Shown piece by piece: positions 1 through 9,463 of a stretch of 54,417 nucleotides of DNA (position 1 is the stretch's first letter; each line of letters opens with the position of its first letter). Source of the stretch: Thermomicrobiales bacterium (GTDB lineage: Bacteria > Chloroflexota > Chloroflexia > Thermomicrobiales > UBA6265); the NCBI GenBank assembly GCA_035540335.1, contig DATLHE010000195.1:1-54417 (forward strand), given 5' to 3'. The position numbers and the translations under genes were made by a program. The notes under the pieces are model-generated. The model was not told the origin of the DNA, ran no database searches, and saw only the letters and a list, made by a program, of their open reading frames with translations.

Positions 1-315
1 CTACCCCTCCTCGCTGTCGGCGAGGGCCCGCAGGGCATCGACGTGGCGCTGGAACATCGCCCGCGCAACGTCCAGCAGCTCGTAGACCTGCGGGTCGACG
101 ACGGAGTAGTAGACGCTCGTCCCCTCCTTGCGCCCGACGACCAGCTGCCGCGCTCGCAGCAGCGCCAGTTGCTGGCTGACCGACGACATCTCGACCTCCA
201 GCCGCGACTGGAGATCGGAGACGGTCAGCTCCTGATCCCGCAGCAGCTCGAGGATCCGGATCCGCACCGGATGCCCGAGCGTCTTGAACAATTCCGCCTT
301 GAACCCTTGCAGCAC
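1..315 (-). CDS. ArsR/SmtB-family winged-helix transcriptional regulator
   Basis: 104-aa ORF. HTH region 'HPVRIRILELLRDQELTVSDLQSRLEVEMSSVSQQLALLR' is typical of ArsR/SmtB. GTG start at 313-315 with GAGGGGA SD just upstream; TAG stop at 1-3. Confidence 0.85.
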   Translation of the reverse strand: MLQGFKAELFKTLGHPVRIRILELLRDQELTVSDLQSRLEVEMSSVSQQLALLRARQLVVGRKEGTSVYYSVVDPQVYELLDVARAMFQRHVDALRALADSEEG

Positions 316-337
316 GATCCCCTCGCATCCCGACTAT

Positions 338-366
338 TTGAAGACTTTTGAATATTACAATATAAT
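338..366 (+). promoter_or_regulatory. Candidate sigma70-type promoter (TTGAAG-17 nt-TATAAT) with an overlapping inverted repeat, a possible ArsR operator
   Basis: AT-rich island in the arsR/sulP divergent region. TTGAAG at 338-343, 17-nt spacer, TATAAT at 361-366. Inverted repeat ATATT-ac-AATAT at 352-363 overlaps the spacer and -10. Confidence 0.4.
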
Positions 367-494
367 CGTCAGGCGGTCGGGAAGGCCGCCTCACCACCGA
401 GCCACCATTCGAACCGTCACGCCAGATGGCCCACCCCGGCGCAGGGGTGGCCCGGTGTCGTGACCCTGATGCCCGAACGGAGCACCACCACCAC

Positions 495-2165
495 ATGATA
501 GCGATTCGGGAGGCACACCTCGCGGGCCTGCTGCGGCGGGAGCACTGGGCGCGCAACATCATCGCTGGCGTCATTGTCGGCGTCGTCTCGCTCCCCCTCT
601 CCATGGCGTTCGCGATCGCCTCCGGCGTCAAGCCCGAGCAGGGGCTCTACACGGCGATCATCGCCGGGCTGCTCGTCACCCTGTTCGGCGGCAGCCGCGT
701 CCAGATCGCCGGTCCGACCGGCGCTTTCATCGTCATCCTCGCCGGCATCGTCGGCACCTACGGCGTCACCGGACTGCAGGTCGCCACCCTCATGGCCGGC
801 GTGATCCTGGTCGTGATGGGCCTCTTCCGGATGGGCGCGGTGATCCGCTTCATCCCCGCGCCGGTGATCGCCGGGTTCACGGCCGGCATCGGCGTCATCA
901 TCTGGGTCGGCCAATGGCCGTCGTTTTTCGGCATCCCCTCCCCCGAGGGCGAGCACTTCCACCAGAAGCTGCCGGACCTGTTCCGCGCCCTGCCGGAGCT
1001 GCACGTGGCGACGACGGCGCTGGGGGTGCTCGGCCTCGCGCTGCTGATCCTCACGCCGCGCGTGCCGGGCTTGCGCCGGGTGCCGGGGCCGCTCGTCGCG
1101 ATGGTCGCCGTCACCGTCCTGCAGAAGGTCGCCGGATTCGATGGCGTCGCCACGATCACGAGCACCTTCGGCGGCATCCCGACCGGCCTGCCCGCCTACA
1201 CGCCACCCGATCTCTCCGTCGACATGGTCATCGACCTCCTCGGCCCGGCGTTCACCATCGCCATGCTCTGCGCGATCGAGTCGCTGCTCTCGGCGGTCGT
1301 CGCCGACGGCATGGCGGGCACGCGTCACGACTCCAACCAGGAGCTCGTTGGCCAGGGCGTTGCCAACGCCGCCAGCGCGCTCTTCGGCGGCATCGCCGCC
1401 ACCGGCGCCATCGCGCGGACGGCCACGAACATCCGCAACGGCGGCAACAGCCCGCTGGCCGGCATCGCGAGCGCGCTGACGCTGGTCGCGATCATCCTCG
1501 TGCTCGCGCCGCTGGCGGGCGACGTCCCGCTCGCCGCGCTGGCGGCGATCCTCTTCGTCGTCGCCTGGAACATGAGCGACGTCAAGCACGTCGTGCGCAT
1601 GGCGCGGCGGGCGCCGGCGGCCGACGTGGCGATCCTGCTGGTCACGTTCGGGCTGACGGTCTTCGCCGATCTGGTGGTGGCGGTGAACGTCGGCGTGCTG
1701 CTCGCCACGTTGCACTTCCTGCGGCGGATGGCGTCGTCGGTCGGGGTGCAGCAGGTGAGCGCCGAGACGATCGACCTCGAGATCGGCCGTGGCGAGAGCG
1801 GCAGCCGCCTGCTGCCGCTGCCGGACGGCGTGCTGGTCTACGCGATCGACGGGCCCTTCTTCTTCGCGGCCGTCGATGCCTTCGAGCGGGCGTTGGCGGA
1901 GACGCACACCGACCCGCGGACGCTCGTCATCCGTCTCGGCCGGGTGCCGTTCGTCGATATCACCGGCATCCAGGCGCTGGAGGAAGTGATCGACAACGTG
2001 CGGACGCGCGGCGTCCGCGTCGTCCTCTGCGAGGCGAACCCGCGCGTCACCGCGAAGCTGCGCCGGGCCGGGCTGCTGGCCCGGATCGGCGGGGACAACG
2101 TCGTCGCCACCTTCCCCGACGCGCTCCGGCTCGTCGCGCCGCCGGTGGCGTTGGTGGCCGACTAG
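495..2165 (+). CDS. SulP-family anion (sulfate) permease with C-terminal STAS domain
   Basis: ORF 426..2165. Polytopic body ('AGVIVGVVSLPLSMAFAIASGV', 'QIAGPTGAFIVILAGIV') plus a STAS-like tail ('VLVYAIDGPFFFAAVDAFE...VPFVDITGIQALEEV'). Start set to ATG 495; ATG 426 is an alternative, so the start is uncertain. Confidence 0.85.
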   Translation: MIAIREAHLAGLLRREHWARNIIAGVIVGVVSLPLSMAFAIASGVKPEQGLYTAIIAGLLVTLFGGSRVQIAGPTGAFIVILAGIVGTYGVTGLQVATLMAGVILVVMGLFRMGAVIRFIPAPVIAGFTAGIGVIIWVGQWPSFFGIPSPEGEHFHQKLPDLFRALPELHVATTALGVLGLALLILTPRVPGLRRVPGPLVAMVAVTVLQKVAGFDGVATITSTFGGIPTGLPAYTPPDLSVDMVIDLLGPAFTIAMLCAIESLLSAVVADGMAGTRHDSNQELVGQGVANAASALFGGIAATGAIARTATNIRNGGNSPLAGIASALTLVAIILVLAPLAGDVPLAALAAILFVVAWNMSDVKHVVRMARRAPAADVAILLVTFGLTVFADLVVAVNVGVLLATLHFLRRMASSVGVQQVSAETIDLEIGRGESGSRLLPLPDGVLVYAIDGPFFFAAVDAFERALAETHTDPRTLVIRLGRVPFVDITGIQALEEVIDNVRTRGVRVVLCEANPRVTAKLRRAGLLARIGGDNVVATFPDALRLVAPPVALVAD

Positions 2166-2168
2166 CGG

Positions 2169-3185
2169 CTACACCGGCGTCGGGGTCTCAGTCGGCGTCG
2201 GTGGCGGCGGCTCCGTGGGGGTCGCCGTCGCGGTCGCGGTCGGCGTATCGGTGGGCGTCGCCGTCGGGGTAGTCGTCGGCGTGTCCGTGGGGGTCGCCGT
2301 GGCCGTCATGGTCGGCGTCCACGTCGGTGTCGCGGTTTCGCTCGGCGTGGCGGTCGCCGTCGGCGTCCAGGTCGCGGTGGGCGTCCACGTCGGGGAAGCC
2401 GGCATGGTCGTCGGCGAGGCGTGCGGGGGTGCCGGCGTCGGCGTCGTGGGCGGGACCGTTACCGTCAGCGTCGCGGCTTCCGTGGCTGGCGCCGGGAAGA
2501 GCGCGGTGATCCAGAGCGCGTAGCGCTGCTGCGGCGCCAGCGTGGCGGGGATCGCGTCCTGCGTGTGCGAGATGGAGACGCCGGGGCGGATCGCGCCGGC
2601 GATCACCTGCTGCGGCGTCGTGCCCTCGTTGAGGTTCTCCGGCACGTTCGCCTGCACGAGCGTGTAGGTGCCACCGGGGAGCGTGATCGGGATGGTCTGG
2701 TCGGGCGTGTCGTCGGGCGCGACGTCCGCCTCGCGGGCGAGCTCGACCGTCTCGACGTCGACCGGCTGGCTGGTCTCGGCGAGCAGGCGGATCTGGTCGC
2801 CCTCGCGCAGCACGAGCGCGGACCCCTGGGCGACCCGCGACACCTCGGTGCCGTTGACCTGCACGAGGACGGGGCCGGAGACGGCGATCAGCACGCCGTC
2901 GTGTACGTCGAGCACCTCGCCGGGCGCGTCCGTCGCCCTGAGCGCGGTCACCTGCCACTCGTAGGTGTCGCCGGTCAGCTCCAGCTCGGTTGCGGCCAGC
3001 AGGGTGACGCCCGGTGGCCAGGCCGTGAAGAGCGCCAGCGCGGGGGACGTGGCGGGCGGCGTGGCCTGCTGGGTGGTGCCGTGCGCGCCGGGGCCGAAGG
3101 TGACGAGCACCCCCAGCAGGAGCAGCGCGACGACGATCAGCCGTCCGAGGGTTGGGCGCAACGAGCGCCGGGAGATCATCGCCAT
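2169..3185 (-). CDS. Secreted hypothetical protein with a C-terminal Thr/Pro-rich low-complexity tail
   Basis: ORF 2169..3323 trimmed to ATG 3185 (AGGTGGGG SD). Signal peptide 'MAMISRRSLRPTLGRLIVVALLLLGVLVTFGPGAHG'. The last ~95 aa are almost only T/P/A ('TPTATPTDTPTATATATPTEPPPPTPTETPTPV'). No catalytic family recognised. Confidence 0.7.
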   Translation of the reverse strand: MAMISRRSLRPTLGRLIVVALLLLGVLVTFGPGAHGTTQQATPPATSPALALFTAWPPGVTLLAATELELTGDTYEWQVTALRATDAPGEVLDVHDGVLIAVSGPVLVQVNGTEVSRVAQGSALVLREGDQIRLLAETSQPVDVETVELAREADVAPDDTPDQTIPITLPGGTYTLVQANVPENLNEGTTPQQVIAGAIRPGVSISHTQDAIPATLAPQQRYALWITALFPAPATEAATLTVTVPPTTPTPAPPHASPTTMPASPTWTPTATWTPTATATPSETATPTWTPTMTATATPTDTPTTTPTATPTDTPTATATATPTEPPPPTPTETPTPV

Positions 3186-3390
3186 GGGAACCCCACCTGA
3201 GTGCTGAGGGAGAGTCGACCGTGCCGAAATGGCCCCGGATCTGTCGCGACGTTCGCGCACTATTTTCGTGGAATGACCTGTGGTCATCTTAGCATGAACA
3301 ATGGCGCCGCAGGCCCGGCGCACACCCGCGACCGCGGGAACCCCGGCCAGAGGGCCGGGGACTGGACGACGGGCCTTCTCGACGCGGTCG

Positions 3391-3963
3391 CTAGGCGTCC
3401 TCGACCGCGAGCGTGGCGGCGGTGACGACGGTTTTCATGCCCGAGGCGGGGTTCATCGCCGCCTGCTTCTCCTGGTAGATCACCAGTACCGACGTGCGGC
3501 CGTCCGTGGTGTCGCCCAGCGTGGCGCTGGTCCAACGCTGGGCGCGCAGCGCGATCGGCCCGCCCGGCGTGGGGAGCAGCGTGAAGCCCTCCCGCCGGCG
3601 GGCGTCGTCCGGCAGCATTCCGATCACCTGATTGCCCGCCATTTCTGGTGAGATGCCGCCGAGCTGCGTGGTGTTCTGCCATTGCAGCTCGATGAAGTCG
3701 ACCAGGCCGTCATCGAAGTTCACGAAGTCCAGACCGACGTAGATGGGGCCGCCGTACTCCGGGTCGGTGTACATTCCCAGCGACTGCGTTGCCTCGCCCG
3801 GGCCGTAGATCGCCTCCCATTCGGTGCGCGAGAGGCCGATGCCGCCCGAGGCGATCCCGTTCGACTGCCGCGCGGCGGCCCGGAGCGACCGTGTCAGCGC
3901 GAGGGCCACGCCGGCCCCGGCGAGGCTCCTGGCCAGATCCCGTCGCGTTGGTGTGAAGGTCAT
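3391..3963 (-). CDS. Hypothetical exported protein (twin-arginine-like signal)
   Basis: ORF 3391..4278 trimmed to ATG 3963 (GGAG SD). N-terminus 'MTFTPTRRDLARSLAGAGVALALT'. GC-rich third codon positions. No family recognised. Confidence 0.65.
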   Translation of the reverse strand: MTFTPTRRDLARSLAGAGVALALTRSLRAAARQSNGIASGGIGLSRTEWEAIYGPGEATQSLGMYTDPEYGGPIYVGLDFVNFDDGLVDFIELQWQNTTQLGGISPEMAGNQVIGMLPDDARRREGFTLLPTPGGPIALRAQRWTSATLGDTTDGRTSVLVIYQEKQAAMNPASGMKTVVTAATLAVEDA

Positions 3964-4336
3964 CGGTGAGCTCCTTGTTGGGCGCGTCCGGCGCCTGCGT
4001 GCGCGGATGAATCGCTGCGTTGGGGATGTGTCCCTCGTTGCTCTTCCAACGCCCGCGCGGGCCCGATCGTTGCGTCGCCAGCATCCTCGCCAGGCTCGGT
4101 GCCGGAAGCCGCGACGCGGACGCCAGCGACGCGTGCGCCACGGGCCCGAATGAGCCATCTCACACCGGGCCGTCTCGCCCGTTACACAGAGACGGACCGG
4201 GAGGGTGCAGGCGCCCGCTCTCCCCGTCGGCAACCGGACGCCGGGACCCGGGCGAGCTGATCTCCCCGGCCGGGGCACCTGATTGCGATGTCGTCGCCGT
4301 TTCCTCGTTCCCGCGTTCCCGGTTCAGGAGTTCCCC

Positions 4337-4795
4337 ATGGTCGAGATCGTTGCCCTTGCCGCGCTCGTGGCGCTGGCGGCCCTGGCGCTGACGTTCGGCG
4401 TGGATTCACGCCCTGCTTTCGAGTCGCACGAGCACACCCTGGCCCGGCGCGGGATAACCTGGGATGGCGTTCGCCCTCCGGCAGCGCCCGCCGTTCGCAT
4501 CCTGACGACCCCCGCGCCTGGCGAGCCCTATCCGACGCTGCGGGCCATCGACGCCGCGCGTGGCGACGTGCCGCCGCTGGCGGCGGATCCCAATGCGGCG
4601 GAGCTGGAGCCGCGGGCCCGCGCACTGACCGCCGAATACTGGAGCGAGCACGTCTGGATGACCGGGGTCGTGCCGCACCGCGCGTTCGAGCGGGTCGCCG
4701 CCGCGCTGGAGCAGGCGCGGGCCGTGCCGCGGGACACCGCCACCGTCCTCGTCATGCGCGAGACGGCCAGCGCCCGTGCGCCGCTCGCCATCTAG
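4337..4795 (+). CDS. Hypothetical N-terminally membrane-anchored protein
   Basis: ATG 4337 preceded by AGGAG. N-terminal helix 'MVEIVALAALVALAALALTF'. GC3-rich frame. A hairpin CGACCGGCGG/CCGCCGGTCG follows the stop. Confidence 0.6.
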   Translation: MVEIVALAALVALAALALTFGVDSRPAFESHEHTLARRGITWDGVRPPAAPAVRILTTPAPGEPYPTLRAIDAARGDVPPLAADPNAAELEPRARALTAEYWSEHVWMTGVVPHRAFERVAAALEQARAVPRDTATVLVMRETASARAPLAI

Positions 4796-5017
4796 GCGCG
4801 CTCGCATCACTGGCCCCGATGATGCGGGCGACCGGCGGTGAGCTACCACCCGCCGGTCGCTCCATCGTTCCTGCGCAGATTACCGAGGCCCGAAGTGGCC
4901 GGACTCAAAAGTGGATTGGTGATCTTCCCGATGCGCGGCGGCCGGGGCGGCGGTATTATAGATGCCAGAGAACGGATATACCGCTCCGGGCCCCATCTCG
5001 CTTCAGGAGCCGTCGCC

Positions 5018-5485
5018 ATGGAATTTATCGGCGCCTTCATCGCCGCTCTCGTCTCCTTTGTGGCGCTGGTGCTGTGGATCCTCCTCGATGCGGCGCAGCG
5101 CCGCCTGCCGCCGGAGGATTTGCGCGCCCTCCGCCGTGTCGCCGGTGGCGGTCCCCTCACCACCCGGGGCGGCCACGCCGTCGACGACGTGCGGGTCGTC
5201 GTGGTGCCCTTCCCCGACGCGGCCTACCCGATGCTGCAGATGATCGACGACACCCGCGGCCCGGGCCATGCCCGCTTCGCCGACGCCCCGTGCGCCGCCT
5301 GGCTCGAGCAGGTCGCCCGCGAGCTGATGGGATCGAGCGCCTCCGGGACGTTCGAGGACGTCTGCACCGCGCTGGAGCGCGAGCGCCGGGCGCAGGAGGA
5401 GGACGTCGAGATGCTCGCCGGGTGGTCGCCGCCGCCCGCCCTGCCCGCCGAGCGGCGTTTGCACATCACCGGAGAGACGCGATAA
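5018..5485 (+). CDS. Hypothetical N-terminally membrane-anchored protein
   Basis: ATG 5018 preceded by AGGAG. N-terminal TM 'MEFIGAFIAALVSFVALVLWILL'. No family recognised. Confidence 0.6.
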   Translation: MEFIGAFIAALVSFVALVLWILLDAAQRRLPPEDLRALRRVAGGGPLTTRGGHAVDDVRVVVVPFPDAAYPMLQMIDDTRGPGHARFADAPCAAWLEQVARELMGSSASGTFEDVCTALERERRAQEEDVEMLAGWSPPPALPAERRLHITGETR

Positions 5486-5552
5486 TGCACCGCGGGTGGC
5501 ATGGACCCATGCCACCCGCCTGGTCATGTCGTGAATCTCTGGAGAATGTTTC

Positions 5553-6683
5553 GTGGGTGACGTCGTACGCATGGGAGTTGTCGGCGCGGGAACGATCGCG
5601 CAGCGGGGGATCCTGCCCCATCTGAGCCAGGACGACGTGCAGGACCGCGTCGTGTTGCAGGCCGTCTGCGACCCCGTCCCCGGGCGCGCCGACGGCGTCG
5701 CCGCGACGTTCGGCGTCACCCACGCCTATACCTCCTACGAGGAATTGCTGGAGAAGGGCGACGTCGACGCCGTCACCATCTGCTCCCCGATCGGTTTCCA
5801 CTACGAGCAGGGCAAGCAGGCGCTCGAGGCCGGCAAGCACATCCACTTCAACAAGACGATGACGACCACGGTCGCCGAGGCCACCGAGCTGATCGACCTC
5901 GCCGCCGCGAAGGGCCTCAAGATCGTCGCCTCCCCCGGCGAGGTCTTGCGGCCGCAGGTGCAGGCCGTCCGCCGCGCCATCGCCGAGGGCTGCATCGGCG
6001 TCCCGACCTGGGCGATCGCCGGCGCCGCCTTCGGCACCTATCACCTCGACGAGCCGGAGCGCAAGGGCGACTCGGCGGCGACCACCATCGACCCTTCGTG
6101 GTACTTCCGGAAGCCGGGCGGCGGCCCGCTCTACGACGTCACCGTCTACGCGCTGCACGGGCTGACCACCGTCCTCGGCCCCGCGAAGCGCGTCACCGCG
6201 ATCTCCGGCGTGCGCATCCCCGAGCGCGCGTTCAACGGCAAGAGCGTGCCGACCGACGCCGACGACAACACTGGCATCCTGATCGACTTCGGCGCGGGGC
6301 TCTTCGCGATGTCGTACGGCGCGGCGGCGGGCGGCCTCAACTACTGGTTCACGGGCAAGTACTTCGGCACCGAGGGCAGCATCGACGGCTACACCCTGAA
6401 CGGCGAGCCGCTCGACTACCCCGAGAAGCACCTCTCCGACGCGGCCGGCGGGGGCGTGACCGGGGCGCAAGTGACGCTGCCGCACGTCGTCGGGCCGCAC
6501 CGTGACATTCAGGAGCAGCACGTCTTCGAGGACATCATGCAACTCGTCGACTGGGTGCGCGACGACACGGCGACGCCAGTGACCGCCGAGCGGGCGCGGC
6601 ACGTGATCGACATCATCGAGTCGTCGCTGCGCGCCGCCGAGACCGGCCAGACGCAGGAATTGTCCACCACCTTTTCCCAGTAG
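5553..6683 (+). CDS. Gfo/Idh/MocA-family NAD(P)-dependent oxidoreductase
   Basis: 376 aa. N-terminal Rossmann motif 'MGVVGAGTIAQRGILPHL'. Overall architecture matches sugar dehydrogenases of this family. GTG 5553 with GGAGAA SD. Confidence 0.88.
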   Translation: MGDVVRMGVVGAGTIAQRGILPHLSQDDVQDRVVLQAVCDPVPGRADGVAATFGVTHAYTSYEELLEKGDVDAVTICSPIGFHYEQGKQALEAGKHIHFNKTMTTTVAEATELIDLAAAKGLKIVASPGEVLRPQVQAVRRAIAEGCIGVPTWAIAGAAFGTYHLDEPERKGDSAATTIDPSWYFRKPGGGPLYDVTVYALHGLTTVLGPAKRVTAISGVRIPERAFNGKSVPTDADDNTGILIDFGAGLFAMSYGAAAGGLNYWFTGKYFGTEGSIDGYTLNGEPLDYPEKHLSDAAGGGVTGAQVTLPHVVGPHRDIQEQHVFEDIMQLVDWVRDDTATPVTAERARHVIDIIESSLRAAETGQTQELSTTFSQ

Positions 6684-6759
6684 CCCCGACCCGGCGTGGT
6701 CGGGTTGGCGGCCGAAGGTCGCGGGGGCAGACATACGAGTCTGCTCCTCCCCAAGGGGA

Positions 6760-6790
6760 CCGTCATTCCGAGCGTAGCGAAGAATGACGG
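6760..6790. repeat. Palindromic hairpin CCGTCATTC-N13-GAATGACGG ('gtcattccgagcg...gaatgac' family)
   Basis: Perfect 9-bp arms seen directly. Related half-motifs occur at 15168-15208, 28881, 41841 and 54030-54120. Adjacent hairpin GCAGAC-N6-GTCTGC at 6727-6744 resembles 8217-8240. Confidence 0.75.
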
Positions 6791-6865
6791 GGTAACCAAG
6801 GTTCGGGGCGGCCATCATCGTACGGGCTGACCTTGTGTCCGCCCTCATGTGCAAGGGGAGGCATC

Positions 6866-7771
6866 ATGACCCGCCAGGGCGATTTCGAGCAGATCGACAA
6901 GCGCTTCAAGGACTGCGTCAAGGGCAGCGCGCGGGTGGAGAAACTGGCCGAGGGCTGCCGCTGGGCCGAGGGCCCGGCCTGGTTCGCCGCCGGTCGTTAT
7001 GTCGTCTGGAGCGATATCCCCAACGACCGCATGATGCGCTGGGACGAGACCAGCGGTCTCACGAGCGTCTTCCGTCAGCCCGCCGGGTACACCAACGGCA
7101 ACACCGTCGACCGCCAGGGGCGCCTCGTCAGCGCGCAGCACGGCTTCCGGAGCGTGACGCGCACCGAGCACGACGGGACGGTGACCACCCTCGCCGACCG
7201 CTTCGAGGGCAAGCGCTTCAACAGCCCGAACGACCTCGTCGTCTCCTCCGACGGGGCGGTCTGGTTCACCGATCCCGCCTACGGCATCGACTCCGACTAC
7301 GAGGGGCACAAGGCCGAGCCGGAGCTTGACGGCTGCCACGTCTACCGCATCGACCCGGTCAGCGGGGCGGTGACGAAGGTCGCCGACGACTTCCACCGGC
7401 CCAACGGGCTGGCCTTCTCGCCGGACGAGGGCAAGCTCTACATCACGGACACCGGCCACCCCGAGCGCCACTGCCGGGTGTTCGACGTGGACCTCGGGAA
7501 GGGCACGCTGAAGGGCGGGAAGGTCTGGGCGAAGGCCACCAACGGCGGGTTCGACGGCTTCCGGTTCGACACCGAGGGGCGCTGCTGGATGAGCGCGGCG
7601 GACGGTGTCCACTGCCTCGCCCCGGACGGGACGTTGCTCGGCAAGGTGTTCGTGCCGGAGGGGGTCGCCAATGTCGTCTTCGGCGGCCCGAAGCGCAACC
7701 GCCTCTTCATCTGCGGCACGACGTCGCTGTACTCGGTGCTGCTGCCGGTCAACGGGGCGAAGACGTTCTAG
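6866..7771 (+). CDS. SMP-30/gluconolactonase/LRE-family lactonase
   Basis: Beta-propeller repeats 'WSDIPNDRMMRWD', 'NGNTVDRQGRLVSAQH', 'FNSPNDLVVSSDGAVWFTDP', 'PNGLAFSPDEGKLYITDT'. ATG 6866 with GGGGAGG SD. Confidence 0.9.
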   Translation: MTRQGDFEQIDKRFKDCVKGSARVEKLAEGCRWAEGPAWFAAGRYVVWSDIPNDRMMRWDETSGLTSVFRQPAGYTNGNTVDRQGRLVSAQHGFRSVTRTEHDGTVTTLADRFEGKRFNSPNDLVVSSDGAVWFTDPAYGIDSDYEGHKAEPELDGCHVYRIDPVSGAVTKVADDFHRPNGLAFSPDEGKLYITDTGHPERHCRVFDVDLGKGTLKGGKVWAKATNGGFDGFRFDTEGRCWMSAADGVHCLAPDGTLLGKVFVPEGVANVVFGGPKRNRLFICGTTSLYSVLLPVNGAKTF

Positions 7772-7823
7772 GGGTGTTGCGCCCGCCCGGAGGGGTTTGC
7801 CCTTGAAGGTGGTTGAGCGCGTT

Positions 7824-7873
7824 CAATCCCTCCCCTACGTGAATTGGCAGGCACGACCGTAGGGGAGGGATTG
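7824..7873. repeat. Family-A-derived hairpin (CAATCCCTCCCCTACG / CGTAGGGGAGGGATTG)
   Basis: Perfect 16-bp inverted repeat with an 18-nt loop, immediately 3' of the lactonase gene. Uses the same CGCGTTCAATCCCTCCCCTACG arm as the other family-A copies. Confidence 0.8.
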
Positions 7874-8056
7874 CGCACCAACGACGGCGTGATCGGGAAC
7901 GGCGCAGCAATGCCCTCCCATCGTCGCCCGACAAGGCTGCCAGAAATCGAGATATTTCGGCAGTGTGGCAGCCTGACCGCGATTTCTCCGGAACCACGGG
8001 CGTTTTGGGTCTGCCATTAATTGGACCCACTTCTGGCAGCCTTCCTCCGCGAGGCA

Positions 8057-8130
8057 TACGGGAGGACATTGGACGCACCGGAACGCCATCTTTGCGAAGG
8101 GACTGAGGGCGTCCGAGTCCTCCCCTACGG
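8057..8130. repeat. Family-A hairpin element, divergent variant
   Basis: GGGAGGACATTGGACGC ... GCGTCCGAGTCCTCCCCTACGG. Same architecture and terminal CCCCTACGG as the other copies. Confidence 0.7.
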
Positions 8131-8412
8131 ACTACGGACTGGTTCCGGGTACAAGGCTGCCACACTGCCATATGTCGGTATGTATGGATTTCTGGCAGTG
8201 TGGGGCGATTGAAATGGGGCAGACATGGAAGTCTCTGCCCATACGACGTCCGCGCCGTCGCCGTATGCCCCCCAATACACACCATACGGATGCTGAACGC
8301 GGCATCGCTCTCCACCGGGCGTCCCAACCGTACCTGCTCACCCGCGGGACCGGCACCGGCGGCGCCGATCGCACGGACACGGTGATCGCTCGTGCGGGAA
8401 AGCGCGGGATGA

Positions 8413-9378
8413 TCAGAACCAGTCCATGCGGCGAAACATGATGAACAGGCCCACGCCAATCGCCGCCATCAGCCCCAGGGACCACAGGTACCCGAAGTGC
8501 CAGCTCAACTCCGGCATGTTGTCGAAGTTCATGCCATAGATGCCGGCGACGAGCGTCATCGTCATCAGGATGATCGACGACGACGTCAGCGTCTTGACGA
8601 TCTGGTTGAGGTGGTTTGACGTGATGGAGAGCAACGCGTCGAGGGAGCTGGAGAGCAGGTCGCGATAGGTGTCCACGGCGTCGGTGACGCGCAGGATGTG
8701 GTCGTAGACGTCCTGGAAGTAGACGACCGTCTCCGCGCCGAAGACCGGCGAATCGGGACGCACGAGGACGTTCATGACATCGCGCTCCGGCGCCAGCACC
8801 CGGCGGACCGCCAGCAGGTTCTTCTTCAGCCCAAAGATCTCGGCCTGCGCCCTCCGCTCGTAGTGGTCGAAGATCCTGACCTCCAGGTCCTCGATCTGCT
8901 CCGAGATCCAATCGATCACCGGGAAGTAGTCGTCGACGATCGCGTCGAGGAGCGAGTAGATCAAGAGCCCGACGCTGAGTTGCTGGTGGCGCGGCCGCTC
9001 TCCCCGCCAGCGCTCCACCGTCTCGTCCACCGCCGTGATGGCGGCATCGCGCACGGTCACCAGGTAGTTCTTGCCGGCGAAGATGGCCATCTCGCGCGTC
9101 TGGGGGCGTCCATCGGCGATGTCCAATGCATAGAAAACGATGAACAGGAAGTCGTCGTAGAAGTCGACTTTCGGCCGCTGGTGGCGCTTGGTCGCATCCT
9201 CCATCGCCAGCGGGTGGAACCCGAACTCCTCGCCGAGCCGGGTCAGCTCGCCCTCGGTCGGCGAGACGACATCGACCCACACGAGGTGGTCATCTTGCTC
9301 GAGAGTGTCGCTGATCTGGTTCACCGGCAGATGACTCTCGACGCCCCTGCCATTCGAATAGACGCGCACGTCGATCAT
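8413..9378 (-). CDS. corA: CorA magnesium/cobalt transporter
   Basis: 321 aa. Two C-terminal TM helices with the signature 'AGIYGMNFDNMPE' (YGMNF). AAGGAAAG SD before ATG 9378. Confidence 0.92.
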   Translation of the reverse strand: MIDVRVYSNGRGVESHLPVNQISDTLEQDDHLVWVDVVSPTEGELTRLGEEFGFHPLAMEDATKRHQRPKVDFYDDFLFIVFYALDIADGRPQTREMAIFAGKNYLVTVRDAAITAVDETVERWRGERPRHQQLSVGLLIYSLLDAIVDDYFPVIDWISEQIEDLEVRIFDHYERRAQAEIFGLKKNLLAVRRVLAPERDVMNVLVRPDSPVFGAETVVYFQDVYDHILRVTDAVDTYRDLLSSSLDALLSITSNHLNQIVKTLTSSSIILMTMTLVAGIYGMNFDNMPELSWHFGYLWSLGLMAAIGVGLFIMFRRMDWF

Positions 9379-9463
9379 CGCAGTGCTTTCCTTACAGATG
9401 AGCCAGCACCGCCCTCAGGGTCGGCACTGGCGGTTGGCCAGAGCGGCGCACGAAACCGCCTCA

